This document shows, piece after piece, positions 25,401 through 37,614 of a stretch of 60,831 nucleotides of DNA. The position numbers and the translations under genes were made by a program. The notes beneath the pieces were generated by a model. That model saw only the letters and a list, made by a program, of their open reading frames with translations. It did no database searches and was not told where the DNA came from. Within the stretch, counting starts at the first letter, position 1. Each line of letters begins with the position of its first letter. The stretch comes from Vicugna vicugna (taxonomy: Eukaryota). The stretch lies in the NCBI GenBank assembly GCA_013265495.1, contig MU058243.1:1-60831 (forward strand), written 5' to 3'.

Positions 25401-27209
25401 TGATCCACTACCTTTGCTGTGTATTTGCCTCCACTTGGAGAAGTACCTTTAACATTTCTTGTAAAGCCACTTTAGTGGTGCTGAACTCTTAGCTTTTCCT
25501 TGTCTGTAAAACTCTTTACCTCTTCTTTGAATCTGAATGATAGCCTTGCCATGTAGTGCATTCTTGTTTGTAAGTTATTTCTTTTTAATACTTTGAAGGC
25601 ATCATGCCACTCCTTTCTGGACAGCAATGTTTCTGCTGAAAAATCAGCAGACAGTCCTAAGAAAGTATTCTTTTGTGTAACTATCTGCTTTTTTCTTCCT
25701 GCTTTTAATATACTCTCTTAATTTTTGACATTTCATTATGTTACTTGCCTGGACTTCCTTGAGTTAATCTTATTTGTTCTTCCAGGATCTGGATGCCTGT
25801 TTCACTTCCTAGGTTAGAGGATTTCTCAGCTATTATAGTTTCAAATAAGTTCTCTGCCCCTTTCCCTCTCTCTTCTTTTTCTGGGTCCTCTGTAATGCAA
25901 ATGTTAGTACATTTGATGTTGTCCCAGAAATCTCTTAGTTTCATTTTTTTAGAATTCTTTTTTTCCTTTTTCTGTTTAGCTTGAGTCTTCTGTCTTCCAA
26001 ATCAGTGATCCATTCCTCTGTGTCATCTAACTTACTTTTGATTCCTTCTAGTGTATTTTTTATTTCCATTATTGTATTCTTCAGCACTGTTTTGTTCTTC
26101 TTTACATTTTCTAACTCTTTGTTAAAATTTTTACTGTGCTCATTCTATTCTTCTCCTGCATTCATTGAGCATCTTTATGATCATTACCTCATATTCTTTA
26201 TTCAGTGCATTGCTCTTCTCCACTTCACTTAGACTTTCTTCCAGGATTTTATTTTGTCATTCATTTGGAATACATTTCTTTGTTGTCTTTTGCTTAAGTC
26301 TCTATGTTTATTTGTATATATTAGGTTGTTTACATTTCCCATTCTTGGAGAAGTGACCTCATGTAGTAGATGTCTAATGGGGCCCAGCAGCACACTGTCC
26401 TCTGGACACAAAAGCTATGTTATCTTGATGTGCACTGTATGTGGGATGAAAGTGCTCACCTGGTGTGGTAGAATCAGCTACTGTGAGTGTGCTATTAGGT
26501 AGGAGTCTTCCCCAGCCCAGCTGGCTGCCAGTCCTGCCTCGTGTGTATGCTATCAGACACTGGTGGGCAAGCACTGGTCCTGGGGTGGCTGACTGCAGGT
26601 GCAGTGGGTTCCAGTCCTGACACTGGCCCACTAGTGGGCAGGGCCAGGGTCTTGAGTGTCCCTTGGGCTAGTGCAGTCCTGCTGGTGGGTGGTGCTGGAT
26701 CCCAGGATGGCTGTGTGGCCAAGGAGGCCATGGAACTTTTCCTGGTCCACTGCTTAGTGGTTAGCATCCACTCATGGTTGGTTGCTGATCAGCCCAGGGG
26801 ATCCCTGGGCTGATCCCATCCTACTGATGGGCATTGTTGAGTCCTGGCATAGTTAGCTGCATGGCGCAGAGGGTCCCAGGACTGGTCCTGGACTACTAGT
26901 ACATGGGGCCTGATCCCTGTGTTAATAGGCTAGAGGGAAGATGCCACGATGGTGACTGTCAGCTGCAGGGTCCTCATGGTAGCATGAGCTCTCAAAAATA
27001 GCTGCCTCTATTGTTTATGTCTCCAGTGGGAGTCCCGGTTGCCTCCTGCCTCTCTTTGGGGACTCTTCACGATCAGCAAGTGGATCTGACCCAGATTCCT
27101 TTCAAATTGCTGCTTCTGCACAGGGTCTCAAAGAGTGTGAAATTTCGCATATACTTTTAAGAGTAGACCCCCTTTCTTAAAGCCCTCCAGCTCTACTATA
27201 TGCAAGCTT

Positions 27210-27511
27210 TGTTGGTGTCATGATATCATGTACACATACACACTGTATGTGGAGATAGCTGATGGCTGCTCTAAAGCTTTATTAAGTTACACAGTCTTAT
27301 ATAGCAAAGAAGAATAATAAGGGAAATGGTTAAGAGGCAGTGTCTGGCTCAAGGTCAGAAGACCCTTTACATTTTGGTAAATCACGTTTGTGTTGGCACC
27401 AGCGAGCCTTACAGCTTATCAGGGCAGAACGTATGAGAAACAGCTGTTTAACAACATTCTTCTTGGACTCAGGAGGCTGTGCCTGTCTTAGGTTGCCCCC
27501 CCCCCACTACA
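27210..27511 (-). mobile_element. Short solo LTR (ERV2/betaretrovirus-like) inside the L1 5' UTR
   Basis: The minus strand starts TGTAGTGGGG and ends CACCAACA. TATA (27296-27304) is closely followed by AATAAA (27278-27283). Confidence 0.6.
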
Positions 27512-28050
27512 TGGGGCTTGGACCTCTCAGTCCTTGGGAAGAACCTGTGCAATTGTGATTATCCTCCTGTTTGTGGTCACCTCCCCAGAGTTGTGGGCCT
27601 TGACTATACCATGTCTTTGCCCCTCCCGCTGTCTCCTTGTGGTTCCTTCTTTGTATATTTAGTTGTGGAAAATCTTTTCAGCTCATCTTCAAGTCATTCT
27701 CACAGATAGTTGCTCTGTAAGTAGTTCCAATTTTCGTGTGCCCATGGAAGTTGCTGAGCTCAGGGTCTTCCTACTTTGTCATCCTGCCTGCTCCTCAAAA
27801 CACTCAGGATATTATATTTAGTTTAGATCTTTATTCCATTTTCCCCATAATTAATTTCAGGCCTTAGTTATGTGTACTTTTATGGTAGCCCTGGCTGAAG
27901 TCTTTATATCTGAATCATCTTTGAAACACATAAGTCCTTCTTTGATCACACTTAAATAGGACAGCTTGGACAACAGTCAGCCACATCCCCTCCTTCAATT
28001 CACTCTAAATTGTCACAAGCTCTTGGTTCCATCTGTCTTTGTATCCATTT

Positions 28051-28770
28051 CTTTTTGTTTGTTTGGTTTTGGTTTTGGTTTTTGTTACTACAAGATATCA
28101 AATATAGTTTCCTGTGATGTACAGCGCGAACTTGCTGTTTATCTATTGTATATCTATTGTATATACCAGTTAGTATCTGCAAATCTCTAATGCCCAGTTT
28201 ATCCCCTCCCACTCCCTCTCCCTCCTGGTAACCACAAGTTTGTTCTCTATGTCTGAGGGTCTGTTTCTGTTTTTCTTTTTTTTTTTCAATATGTATATTT
28301 TTATTGAAGTATAGTCAGTTTAAAATGTGTCAATTTGGGGTGTACAACACAATGTTTCAGTCATACATGAACATACATATATTCATTTTCATATTCCTTT
28401 TTCACCAGAAGTAACTACGAGATATTGAATATAGTTCCTTGTGATATTGTTTATCTATTTTATATATAGTAGTTAGTGTCTGCAAATCTCAAACTCCCAC
28501 TTTATCCCTTCCCACTGCCTTCCACCCTGGTAACTATAAGTTTGTTTTCTATGTCTGTGAGTCTGTTTCCGTTTTTCAAAAAGTTCATTTTCCTTTTTTT
28601 TTCTTTTTAGATTCCACATATAAGTGATATCATATGATATTTTTCTTTCCCTTTCTGGGTCATTTCACTTAGAATGACAATCTCTAGGTCCATCCATGTT
28701 GCTGCAAATGGCATTATTTTATTCTTTTTTATGGCTGAGTAGTATTCCATTGTATAAATATACCACACCT
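28051..28770 (-). mobile_element. 5'-truncated L1 with a doubled 3' UTR segment
   Basis: ORF2 end (VWYIYTMEYYSAIKKNKIMPF). TSD tgtctttg(t/c)atccattt at 28034-28050 and 28771-28787. Confidence 0.85.
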
Positions 28771-29512
28771 TGTCTTTGCATCCATTTTTTATGGTCTTGT
28801 TGACTGAACTCTTGCTGTCAGTTGGCACTTTTGGAAGTGTGTCCACCGACAGTGTTATGAATCAACATTGAACTTGGAGGCAAAAAAACACATGCTTTTC
28901 AGAATTGTGCATAACCCAGCAATGAGAATGTGTGGGGCCCTGCCCTTACCAAAATGCTTTAGCAGTATGTAAATGCTGGGCCTTTTCTATTGGCTGCTCA
29001 AAGACCTCTTTGGTTATAGTTTGTGAACTTAGTCTTAGTTGAATAGACAAAGTTTCTGGTCAAGTGATTTGGCTAAATGAGGTCACTGGATTTTGATGAA
29101 TAAAGAAATGTCCTGGAAGAAAACCTCAACTAATGTAATGTTAGTGCCTTCAGGGAGAAAGACTGTGTGCCTTTTGTAATGGAAGGGAGGGGAGTATGAG
29201 AAAGACTGAAGTGACCTCTTGTTCAGAGGAAGAGCCAGAGTGTGACACCATGTAGAAAGATTGAGTTTTGTACATTTCCCAACATACTGGTCAATGCAGA
29301 AGTTAGTTGAAAAATATTTTGAGAATTTATTTAAGGGTTTAATGTCAAGAACTAGGACATTCTGAAGACCCAGATCCAGTGAAGTCCCTCATGAGTAATG
29401 ACCCCAGGTGTCTGTGTGACAGAAAACACTGAGCAATAATTATTCTCACCTATATTCAGACTGTGAGAAACAAATGTGTAATATGCATGTATTTCCCCTG
29501 CTGCATGTATTT

Positions 29513-29682
29513 TCTTTTTAAGTTTTTTATGCTTTATTATTTAAAATTTTTTAAAATTAATTTATTTATTGTATTATGTCATTAGGTTTTATTATTTATT
29601 TTCAGATGAGGTACTGGGGTTTGAACCCAGGGCCTCACACATGCTAAGCATGCCCTCTACCACTTGAGCTATGCCCTGCCTC
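29513..29682 (-). mobile_element. tRNA-Ala-derived SINE
   Basis: Reverse-complement tRNA head (gaacccaggg...catgctaagcatg...ctaccacttgagctat). Perfect 12-bp TSD ctgcatgtattt (29501-29512, 29683-29694). Confidence 0.92.
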
Positions 29683-30255
29683 CTGCATGTATTTGCATTC
29701 AATAACCGTTTATGGAGTCCCTGCTTTGTGCCAAGAAATCTGCATATTCACTTATTCAATTAAGATTTCATTGAGTATTTACGATAGCTTAGGCACTGAG
29801 GAAGCCAAGTAAACCAACGTGAGTAAGTCACAGCAACAGCCATCCTCAAAGAATCTGTGGAGGATAAAGAGAGAAGAGACAGATGCACAAATAGATAAAT
29901 AAAGTGAAGTGTGGTTGGCACATACTTAGAGATCCTCACAGCAGTGAAGGCGGGGCACCTAATCCAGCCACAAGGACACAATGACTGGGCCAAGCCTTGA
30001 ACATAAGTAGGAGTCAGCCAAAAGGAGGCTGAGAAGGAAAAATATCCCGGGCTGAGGGACCACTCTTGTGGGATTCTGGGTCATGGCTTGTGACAGACCA
30101 CCCTGCTGACTGCTCGTGAGCTGTAAGATTTATCTGTGCAGTGAGCCTCAGTCTTAGAGTCCTCAGTCTGGCAGAAGTAAAGAATGTTTCTGAAGAAAAC
30201 ACTTTGTTCTCCTATGTTCTAATCCCTTCTGCTCCACAATTCTCATAAACTAGGC

Positions 30256-30475
30256 CAAAGATCAGCAAACTGTGGCCCAGGGGCCAAGTCAGTCACCAGC
30301 ACTTTTGTAAATGAAAGTGCGTAGTCACACAGTCATGGCCAGCAGTTGCCTTGTCTGTGACGGCTTTCACGCTACAGAGGCAGGCTTGAGTAGTGACAAC
30401 AGAAATGGTATAGGGCATAGAGCTTAAAATATTTACTGTTTGGCCTTTTACAGGAAAAAAATGTGCTGACCCTTG
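30256..30475 (+). mobile_element. MER58A (hAT-Charlie MITE), complete
   Basis: Terminal inverted repeats caaagatcagca / tgctgacccttg. 8-bp TSD aactag(g/a)c at 30248-30255 and 30476-30483. Confidence 0.88.
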
Positions 30476-33400
30476 AACTAGACTACAGCAGCCCTGCTCC
30501 CAGCTGTCACCCGTCCTGCTCTTTGGAACCCAGGAAGATGGTGTCTCTTAAAAGAAACTTGTGCCATCCCAGGGAGAAGTGAGCTAAGGGATAAGGGAGA
30601 GCAGGGAATGGAACTGGAGGGAAAGCATGGCAGGAAGGCCTGGCGAGACAGGTCTCCCAGCAGAGCAAAGGCACTCTCTTTGCCCAAAGACTTAGGGCTG
30701 GCATAGAAGGACGTTATGAGGAGACTGCGGCGTGTCAGAAGATTGGGGTTCTTTCTCGCTATAAGATTGTTTCACTGTATGTTCAAAAAACTGTGCAGCC
30801 TTCTATTTTGCTAGACTTAAAGGACTACAAGGAGAGTTCTTTTTATAAAGCACAATCATGCGAGAGGAAAACAGTAGCTCAAGTTTTCATCCGGGAGGCC
30901 ACATACAATTCAAATCAGAGCTGGCGGCCCTCCGTGGGACTGAAACAACCTGCGATGGAGAACGTGATCCACTTCTCACACAGCCTCCGGACCCCTGTCT
31001 CTGGCAGCCTGATGATTTATATGTAAACTAGAAAGACATCTCATTGACTGCCTTCTAGCCCCACGAGCACAATGCGGTCGATAAATATTTATTGAATATA
31101 ATTTCCTGAGGCTTGCAGCCCTTGCTCTGTGATAGCTTACAACCGAATAAGCCAGAATTGTTCAGGATGGTTGCGAATAAATATAAAAATGTATGTTAAT
31201 GGAATCAAGCTAAGAATGAATGGTAAGAAAGAAAATATGTGTCCATCTGCAGACGAGACATCCAAGTGGTATTAGATTTTGAACAAATAGAAAGAAGCAT
31301 GTCCCACAAGCCGCAGAAGTGAGAGTTGCAAGAGAGAAAAAGAAGAAAACAAAAAGGGGAGAAATGAGAGGAGGGAGATTTATAAATGGTTCTATTTTGT
31401 ACCAATAAAAATATATATGTTTTTTAAAGCCAGTATTTTTTATTCTCTCTGGCTTTATGTGCACAGTACCTTCATCTGTCACTAAAATAGTTCATACACT
31501 CAAGAAGTGGCAGTGTGAAATGAAATGGGCTCCCAAATTACATTTTTGCAATAAAAATAAAATGTGGTTTCTGCCACCCATTTGGAACTGCAGCACCAAT
31601 ATCTGATGCAATCCCCCTTAAGCCCCAGTCACAGTAGATTCTGAGTGGTGTATCACTAATTCAGGCATGAGGATGGGGTGTTGGGTTACATTTATTAAAT
31701 ATATTGGACATTTATCCTCAGTTAAAAGTAAATTAAAATTTTGCATTTGAGATAATATCCAAAGGGGACAATGTAATTACCACATTCTCCCCTGCGCATC
31801 CTCCCCAAATCCCTGTGAAGCCTGAGAATGCACAGCCACGGTGAAAGCAGGAGCTCATGAGTGGCTGACACCAGCATTTTCATGGCTGCATGTTCAACTT
31901 TGTAAAGGCAAGTACTTGCCTCTAGGAAGTGATCAAAGAGATTTTAGCCATGACCTTCCAGGTATAGACCTTTGGCAAATTAGAAGGAAGACAACAGTGG
32001 TTGCACAAGTCCAACTCCACTAGCTCCGATTCTGGGGTTCCCTTGTCCACCACCCCATGGCTAGAAGGGAAGCCAAGACTTCATTGCTATCAGGCAGTAA
32101 TAAAGGGGTTGAGCCAGGAGGGAAATCAAGGATTCTCAGAGTTCTTTCCAGGATATCACCCCAAGGATGGGCGGTCATCAGGTCTGTGGTGTACTGGACT
32201 TCTTGGAAGTAGCCAGACAGTGCTTGATTTACCACATTTTGAGGGTTGCCTTTGCCCTTTTGATGCTCTGTAGATGGCAGTTCAGTGACAGACTTTATAG
32301 CCACCAACTAACCAATGAAACACCCAGAAATTGATAGAATACTACTCACCTCCACCATAGTATCTTTTGCAAGTCTCTTTCTGATTCCACACTCTCCTAC
32401 TTCAAGACTACATACCCACTTTCCAAAAGAGACAGAAGGAAAACATCCTGGGGGAGTTCCTTTGGGGTGGGAGGGGCTTTGATCACACAGGTAAAGCCTG
32501 ACCTGAGGCATCCTAACATTTAGTCTTCATACACTGAACACCTTCAGTGGCATCGCTGTTAGAGACCAGAGAAGGAAAACCTAGGTCCCCAGCAAGAAAA
32601 TGTATTCTGAAGTTGAGGATGAGAAGCAGACTATCAGGGAAGCCTTCGTGAAAATGGAGCCATCAAGCTCCTCAGACCGGGAAGATTTATTTGTCTGATC
32701 ACAACGTGGAGAAGGGAAGGAGTCTCGAATACTTCCTGCCCTTCCAGCCGGATGCTCAGCACGCTCACCAAATCCAGCATCCGCCTTATAAACACTTCAA
32801 TAGCCCACCTGCCATTCCAAGTCTTGATTACCTCTGCCTCCTCTCTAAGGCTCCAAGGCATTTATCAGATTAACGCTAGAGGCCACATATCCTACTGTCA
32901 TGTTTTATGGCTGCTTATATTTATGTGCTTTTTCTCCTTGGAGAAATTAGAAGCTCAGAGTCCAGAAGGGAACACAGTGCTCTGGGTATGGCAGGTGTCC
33001 AGAGTGAATTTGAGGTGCATTTACTGAATGCAATTGCTTTGCTTGTAACCCTGGCCCCAGTTCCTGCCTTAGAGATCCTAGGTGTCCAAAGACTGTAAAA
33101 GAGAATTATGTGGAATTATGTGGAGCCAGCTGACAGCTGTGCTATTTGTCTGCTCATTTCTGAAGTCTCCTTTGACAGTTCAGTCCCATGGATGCCAGAA
33201 ATACCTGCATGTCAGAGAATCAAATGCATGAGTCTGAGGATTTGTCAGAAAATAAACACCAAAGGCAGTATCAGACATAATTCTTACTCTGAAGAAAATG
33301 CATATTTTAGGGAATAGATACATAAACTTGGCAAGAAAAAAAATTTTTCAGTGTGAGCAATCTTTATTGGCAGATCTTAAGAGTGCAAGACAGTAACAAA

Positions 33401-34584
33401 TCCAGAAGGGATGGGAAAGGAGGTGGAGCTCCCCTCCTTTGAGGACCCTGTAACCAGGCCAGTGGGGTGGGGGTACTTGACCATGGCAACTTTGAGCCCA
33501 GCACCCTCCAGAGAACAAGATCCCAGGCAGGAGAGCCCCTCACATTGTTGGGGAAGGGAGCCGCACCCCAGAAGGGTGTCCGATCCCAGGCGGCTTGGTT
33601 CCTGCCCAACACACACCTTGACAGCTTGGGGCAGGGGTGTTAGGGGACGGGGCTAACCTTAGCCTTTTAAAAGGCAGAGGGCTTTTTAAACGCAGAAGGC
33701 AGACTTCATGTGATTATAACTGATAGGAAATGATGATTGGTATATTTATTCTAAAATCTCTGCTGAATCTCAGAGGCTGCACAGAAATTTGAACATGGAC
33801 ACTTACTCAGATGCCACCATTCAGTGCTCGATCCCAAGTAAGAAATGGAGAAATGGCTCTGGGCCTGAAGTCATCATTCACTTTGCTTCCCCCTTTCCCG
33901 CAGTGGGGTTTCATCCACCCTGGCCCTTGATGCGCTCAGCTGTGTCTGTCTGAGGAAGTAGAGAGTCTCTTTCTCTACATGAAGCACATGTTGTTAGCCA
34001 CACATTAACTTTGCTATATTCAAAGAATTGGTGAAGATTTCTCCAGGAGCCATTGTTTTTTACTGGCTTAGGCCACTCCTTTCTCATTCATACGCATTGA
34101 CTTACCTTTGAATTGTATGGACCCATACAGGATTGCTGGCCTTTGAAATTGCCCCAGCAGGACTTTAAAAATGACTATTTCTCTCCCCATTATTCCTTAG
34201 TCCAAAAGGATAAAGATATGCTTTATATTGAATACATTTACAGCATTGGTCTTAGTTTTCTGACTTCATGGTAAGCCACCGACCTACACTCGGGCATCAA
34301 GTCCCTAGCACGAGTGTTCTAATGATGAAAATTTCTCTCCTGGAGTGTTGCTAAATGGGTTCTAAAATACTGAGAAAATCTGACTAACTTTTCTAATGGA
34401 TTTTAGTGTTTATGCCATGGAAGTCATAAAGCTTAAGGACAGAATATGACAAAGAAGACAGCTGTAAAACTCACCGGGTCTCAAAGGGCTTCTGGGGAAC
34501 TTCTCATTGGGCAGCAGCAACGCATGGTCACCGGTGAAGATTTTGGGACCAAATTGGAATTTTGTCTCTTCTTCTCTGTTCCAG

Positions 34585-34779
34585 GTACATGGCCATCATT
34601 CACCCCCTCCAGCCCCGACTGTCAGCCACGGCCACCAAGGTGGTCATCTGTGTCATCTGGGTCCTGGCTCTCCTGCTGGCCTTCCCCCAGGGCTACTACT
34701 CAACCACAGAGACCATGCCCAGCAGAGTGGTGTGCATGATCGAATGGCCGGAGCACTCCGACACGGTTTATGAGAAAGT
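34585..34779 (+). CDS. TACR1: Tachykinin receptor 1 (NK1R, substance P receptor), internal coding exon 2 (end of TM3/DRY, ICL2, TM4, ECL2)
   Basis: Translates as (R)[64 protein letters not shown](V), matching recalled mammalian NK1R. A polypyrimidine tract and the acceptor ttccAG end at 34584, and the donor GTGAGT starts at 34780. Length is 195 nt, phase 2/2. Confidence 0.97.
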
Positions 34780-37486
34780 GTGAGTAGAGACAACCCTCCA
34801 GGGCCTTCGCTGTCCTTTCTTGTTCCTTCTCTCTTTCCATGTTCTTTTGTTGCTTAGGATTTAATGTGTATCTGTAAGCATTTCTCACAACCCCTCTAAT
34901 ATCAGGTTAATGTGCCCATACTTATCAGGGGACCATTATGTCCCAAACACTATTTTGGACTTTGAATGAAAATTTTTAACATGTAAAACCTGGGTCCTGT
35001 TATAGCATACCATTTGGGTGCACTTCCATATTCTTCATATGTTTTGCCAGAAACTTTGCCTGCTAGTGTCTGCATTCCTTTGCTGGGAACTTTTTCTTAA
35101 CCTATGGAATGGCCCCTTGCCCTCTTGCACAGCATGGCAGAGGGTGAGGGAATGACCCCCACTCCCAGCAGTTCTCGACAAGGACTGCTGGGAGTTGGCG
35201 TGTAGATACCCCAGCCCCCTCGCCCTTCAGGTGGGGTGTCTCTGGCGTGTGTGTTTTCCTGTGTTCAGGGTTTACTCTTGGGATTAATCGCCAGTCACCC
35301 TGGTGGCAGCTGCCTCAATGACACACCCTTTGTTGGCCCCACTCCCTACTGGTGTTTCTTTCTTCTCCCAAATACGTCATTTGCACTTGAATCTTGGTCT
35401 CTGGATCTGTCTCTGGGGAAAACAAAACCAAAACAGTCAATTTCCAGGATTGCACAGTTGGAAAAATAATATATATACATGTGAACTGCATGGGAAGGCC
35501 AGGCCAGGACACTGAGACCTTAGGAGTCACAGGCCCCCCCACAGGGCAGGCCTGCTTCACTTCCAGGGGCCTGACTGATCACACTGAGGGTTTTTCAAAG
35601 GTATCCTGGCAATTTCTTCCAAGACTCCTTATCCTAGAGGCAGTATTAAAGTGGCTTATTCTTTGTTTTGTTCTGTTCAAGTGAGCAGCAATGCGACATT
35701 TATATTACCAACCATTTTCTGGACTCAGAGCACGTTGATAACGTGGGTCCTTTTGAAAGTCCTCTATAATTGTCCAATCTTGGGTTCATTAAGTGAATCA
35801 TAAAAGAACACTGGTGTTAGAGTTAGGAGATCTGGGTTTTAACTATGAGATTGCCAAGTTACCAGCTGTGTGACCGAGGGCAAGGTCACAGTCTCCCCTC
35901 ACTGTTAGAATGGAAGATGACCAAGCACTGCCTTCCATAAACAGCTGTTCTGGGGAGTGGACAAGAGAATGTGTTCTCACCTTGTAAGCTAGTAGATGCC
36001 ACCCAGAAGGTGTGATGCTATTATCGCACCAAATCCATCAGGTAGCAGTATAGTCATTATAGGCCTTTGAGCTTATTAAATGGTAAAACGAGACACTGTA
36101 CCTGTGGTCCCCAAGATTTGAGGGTCCAAAAGCCTGCTGCACATAGAGGTATACAGAAAGCAATCCATAAGGCTCAGACTTTGCCTTCCAGATGTAGACA
36201 ATGGGATTAATTGTTCAAGCAGTGGGAGGATTAATGCTCAGCCTAGGAGACATTGAACATTTTTCTTTCAAATGAAACTATAAGCCTGAGCAGGGTTGCA
36301 CTGGAAGAAAGAACACAGCTTTACAAGCTGTACAGGACCCATGAACATGTTCAAGCCAGAATTTTCCCTCCAAAGGTGGGGAAAAAAATCACCCCATGAA
36401 TTAAAGCTCATTATATAAACTGCTTCAGAAACTGCCATCAGCTTCATGGACTATATAGCTCAGTTCTTAGTTCTCATGATCTTTCAAAGTCTGATCACCT
36501 TTCTGCAACTTTTTGTTTCAAATCAGCACAGTTCTTTTGTCTTCCAACAAATTCAAAATGTAACTTGGAAATATAGACTTATTTCCCCATTGATCTTTGG
36601 GATCTTCTCCAAGAAACAGTAGTGTTTAGTGTTTTACTTTTAAGCATGTTGCTGTTTTATGCTTATTAATAATTGGAAAGTCCTTTGAGATGCAATGTTT
36701 TTGACTGCCTTATCTCCTTTCAAGTGTTTAAGGTAACTGCTGTTGGATGCATGGGGAGGTTTGCCATCATTGTTTATTTCATGATTTTAACCTAAAAAAA
36801 AAAAGAGTCTGGATTAAGAGCATCTGATTATATATAGTCAAGATGTAAAAGTGTTTATAGATGCAGTAGTAAGTTGAAAGAGTCTACATTCACCATTTAC
36901 ATATTGTCTGTGATACAAACCCAAGTGGAAGCTTTACGCAAACCTATTTTATTTCTGCCAGTATCTGTCATAATGCGTTATAATTTTTTTAGGGAATTTA
37001 AGTTTTACCAGTTCTAAACTAAGCACTTAATTATATTCTCTTCTGTTAGAACTAACGATTCCCATTTCCACAGTGTACAGTAATTCCAAATTTGAAACCA
37101 AAAGGAAACTTTGCTTTGAGGCAGTGTAATAATTAGGATAAGATGGGCTATAGAATTAAATGAGAGATCGAGAATGAAGTGAGGACCTGGCTACATCACT
37201 CTCCAGTTGAGTCATAATGGTCCAGTTATTTAAGCCTTTAAGCCTTTAATCCTAATGGTACCTTCCACATAAAGGTATTGAGAGGACTAAATAAGATATG
37301 TGCTTAGTTCAGTGTCATGCACATTGAAAGGAGCCTAGAGAGTGTTAACTACAGTTATTAGTTGTCATTCATTGATCTGGGTACATGGGCAGATGACTGG
37401 CAGCAGACAGTGTGGTGGGCGGATGCTTGGGCCCAATTTGCCTGATGAATAATTTGTGTCAGATAATTGCGTAAAAAGGTTTCATA

Positions 37487-37614
37487 GGTGGAGGGTATAG
37501 CTCAGTGGTAGAGTGCATGCTTAGCATGCATGGGGTCCTGGGTTCAATCCCCAGTCCCTCCATTTAAAAAATAAATAAATAAATCTAATTACCTCCCCCT
37601 CCAAAAAAAAAAAA
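37487..37614 (+). mobile_element. tRNA-Ala-derived SINE
   Basis: gggtatagctcagtggtagagtgcatgcttagcatgc...gggttcaatcccc with the family tail and poly(A). Approximate TSD ggtttcata/ggttttata. Confidence 0.92.

Larger units (their letters stand above)
21788..27796 (-). mobile_element. Long degenerate L1 (5' UTR, ORF1, most of ORF2; 3' UTR absent)
   Basis: Minus-strand peptides LRDFWDNIKCTNICIT (ORF1), [14 protein letters not shown] and YNLPRLNQEEI (ORF2). The L1 5' start lies near 27796. There are many stops and an internal deletion near 24680. Confidence 0.9.

Noticed and set aside
31780..33100. Repeat-poor stretch upstream of exon 2 with several short ORFs
   Set aside because: I found no recognisable protein, splice pattern or RNA motif. 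It could be regulatory, but sequence alone cannot support that.
34446..34888. ORFs overlapping TACR1 exon 2 in other frames or on the other strand
   Set aside because: These are shadow frames of a GC-rich exon. Only the 34562-34783 frame matches a known protein.
37487..37562. tRNA-Ala(AGC) gene (also the copies at 1298, 4085, 29513 and 48751)
   Set aside because: All carry the same non-tRNA tail, A-rich ends, TSDs and stem-breaking substitutions, so they are SINEs rather than tRNA genes.
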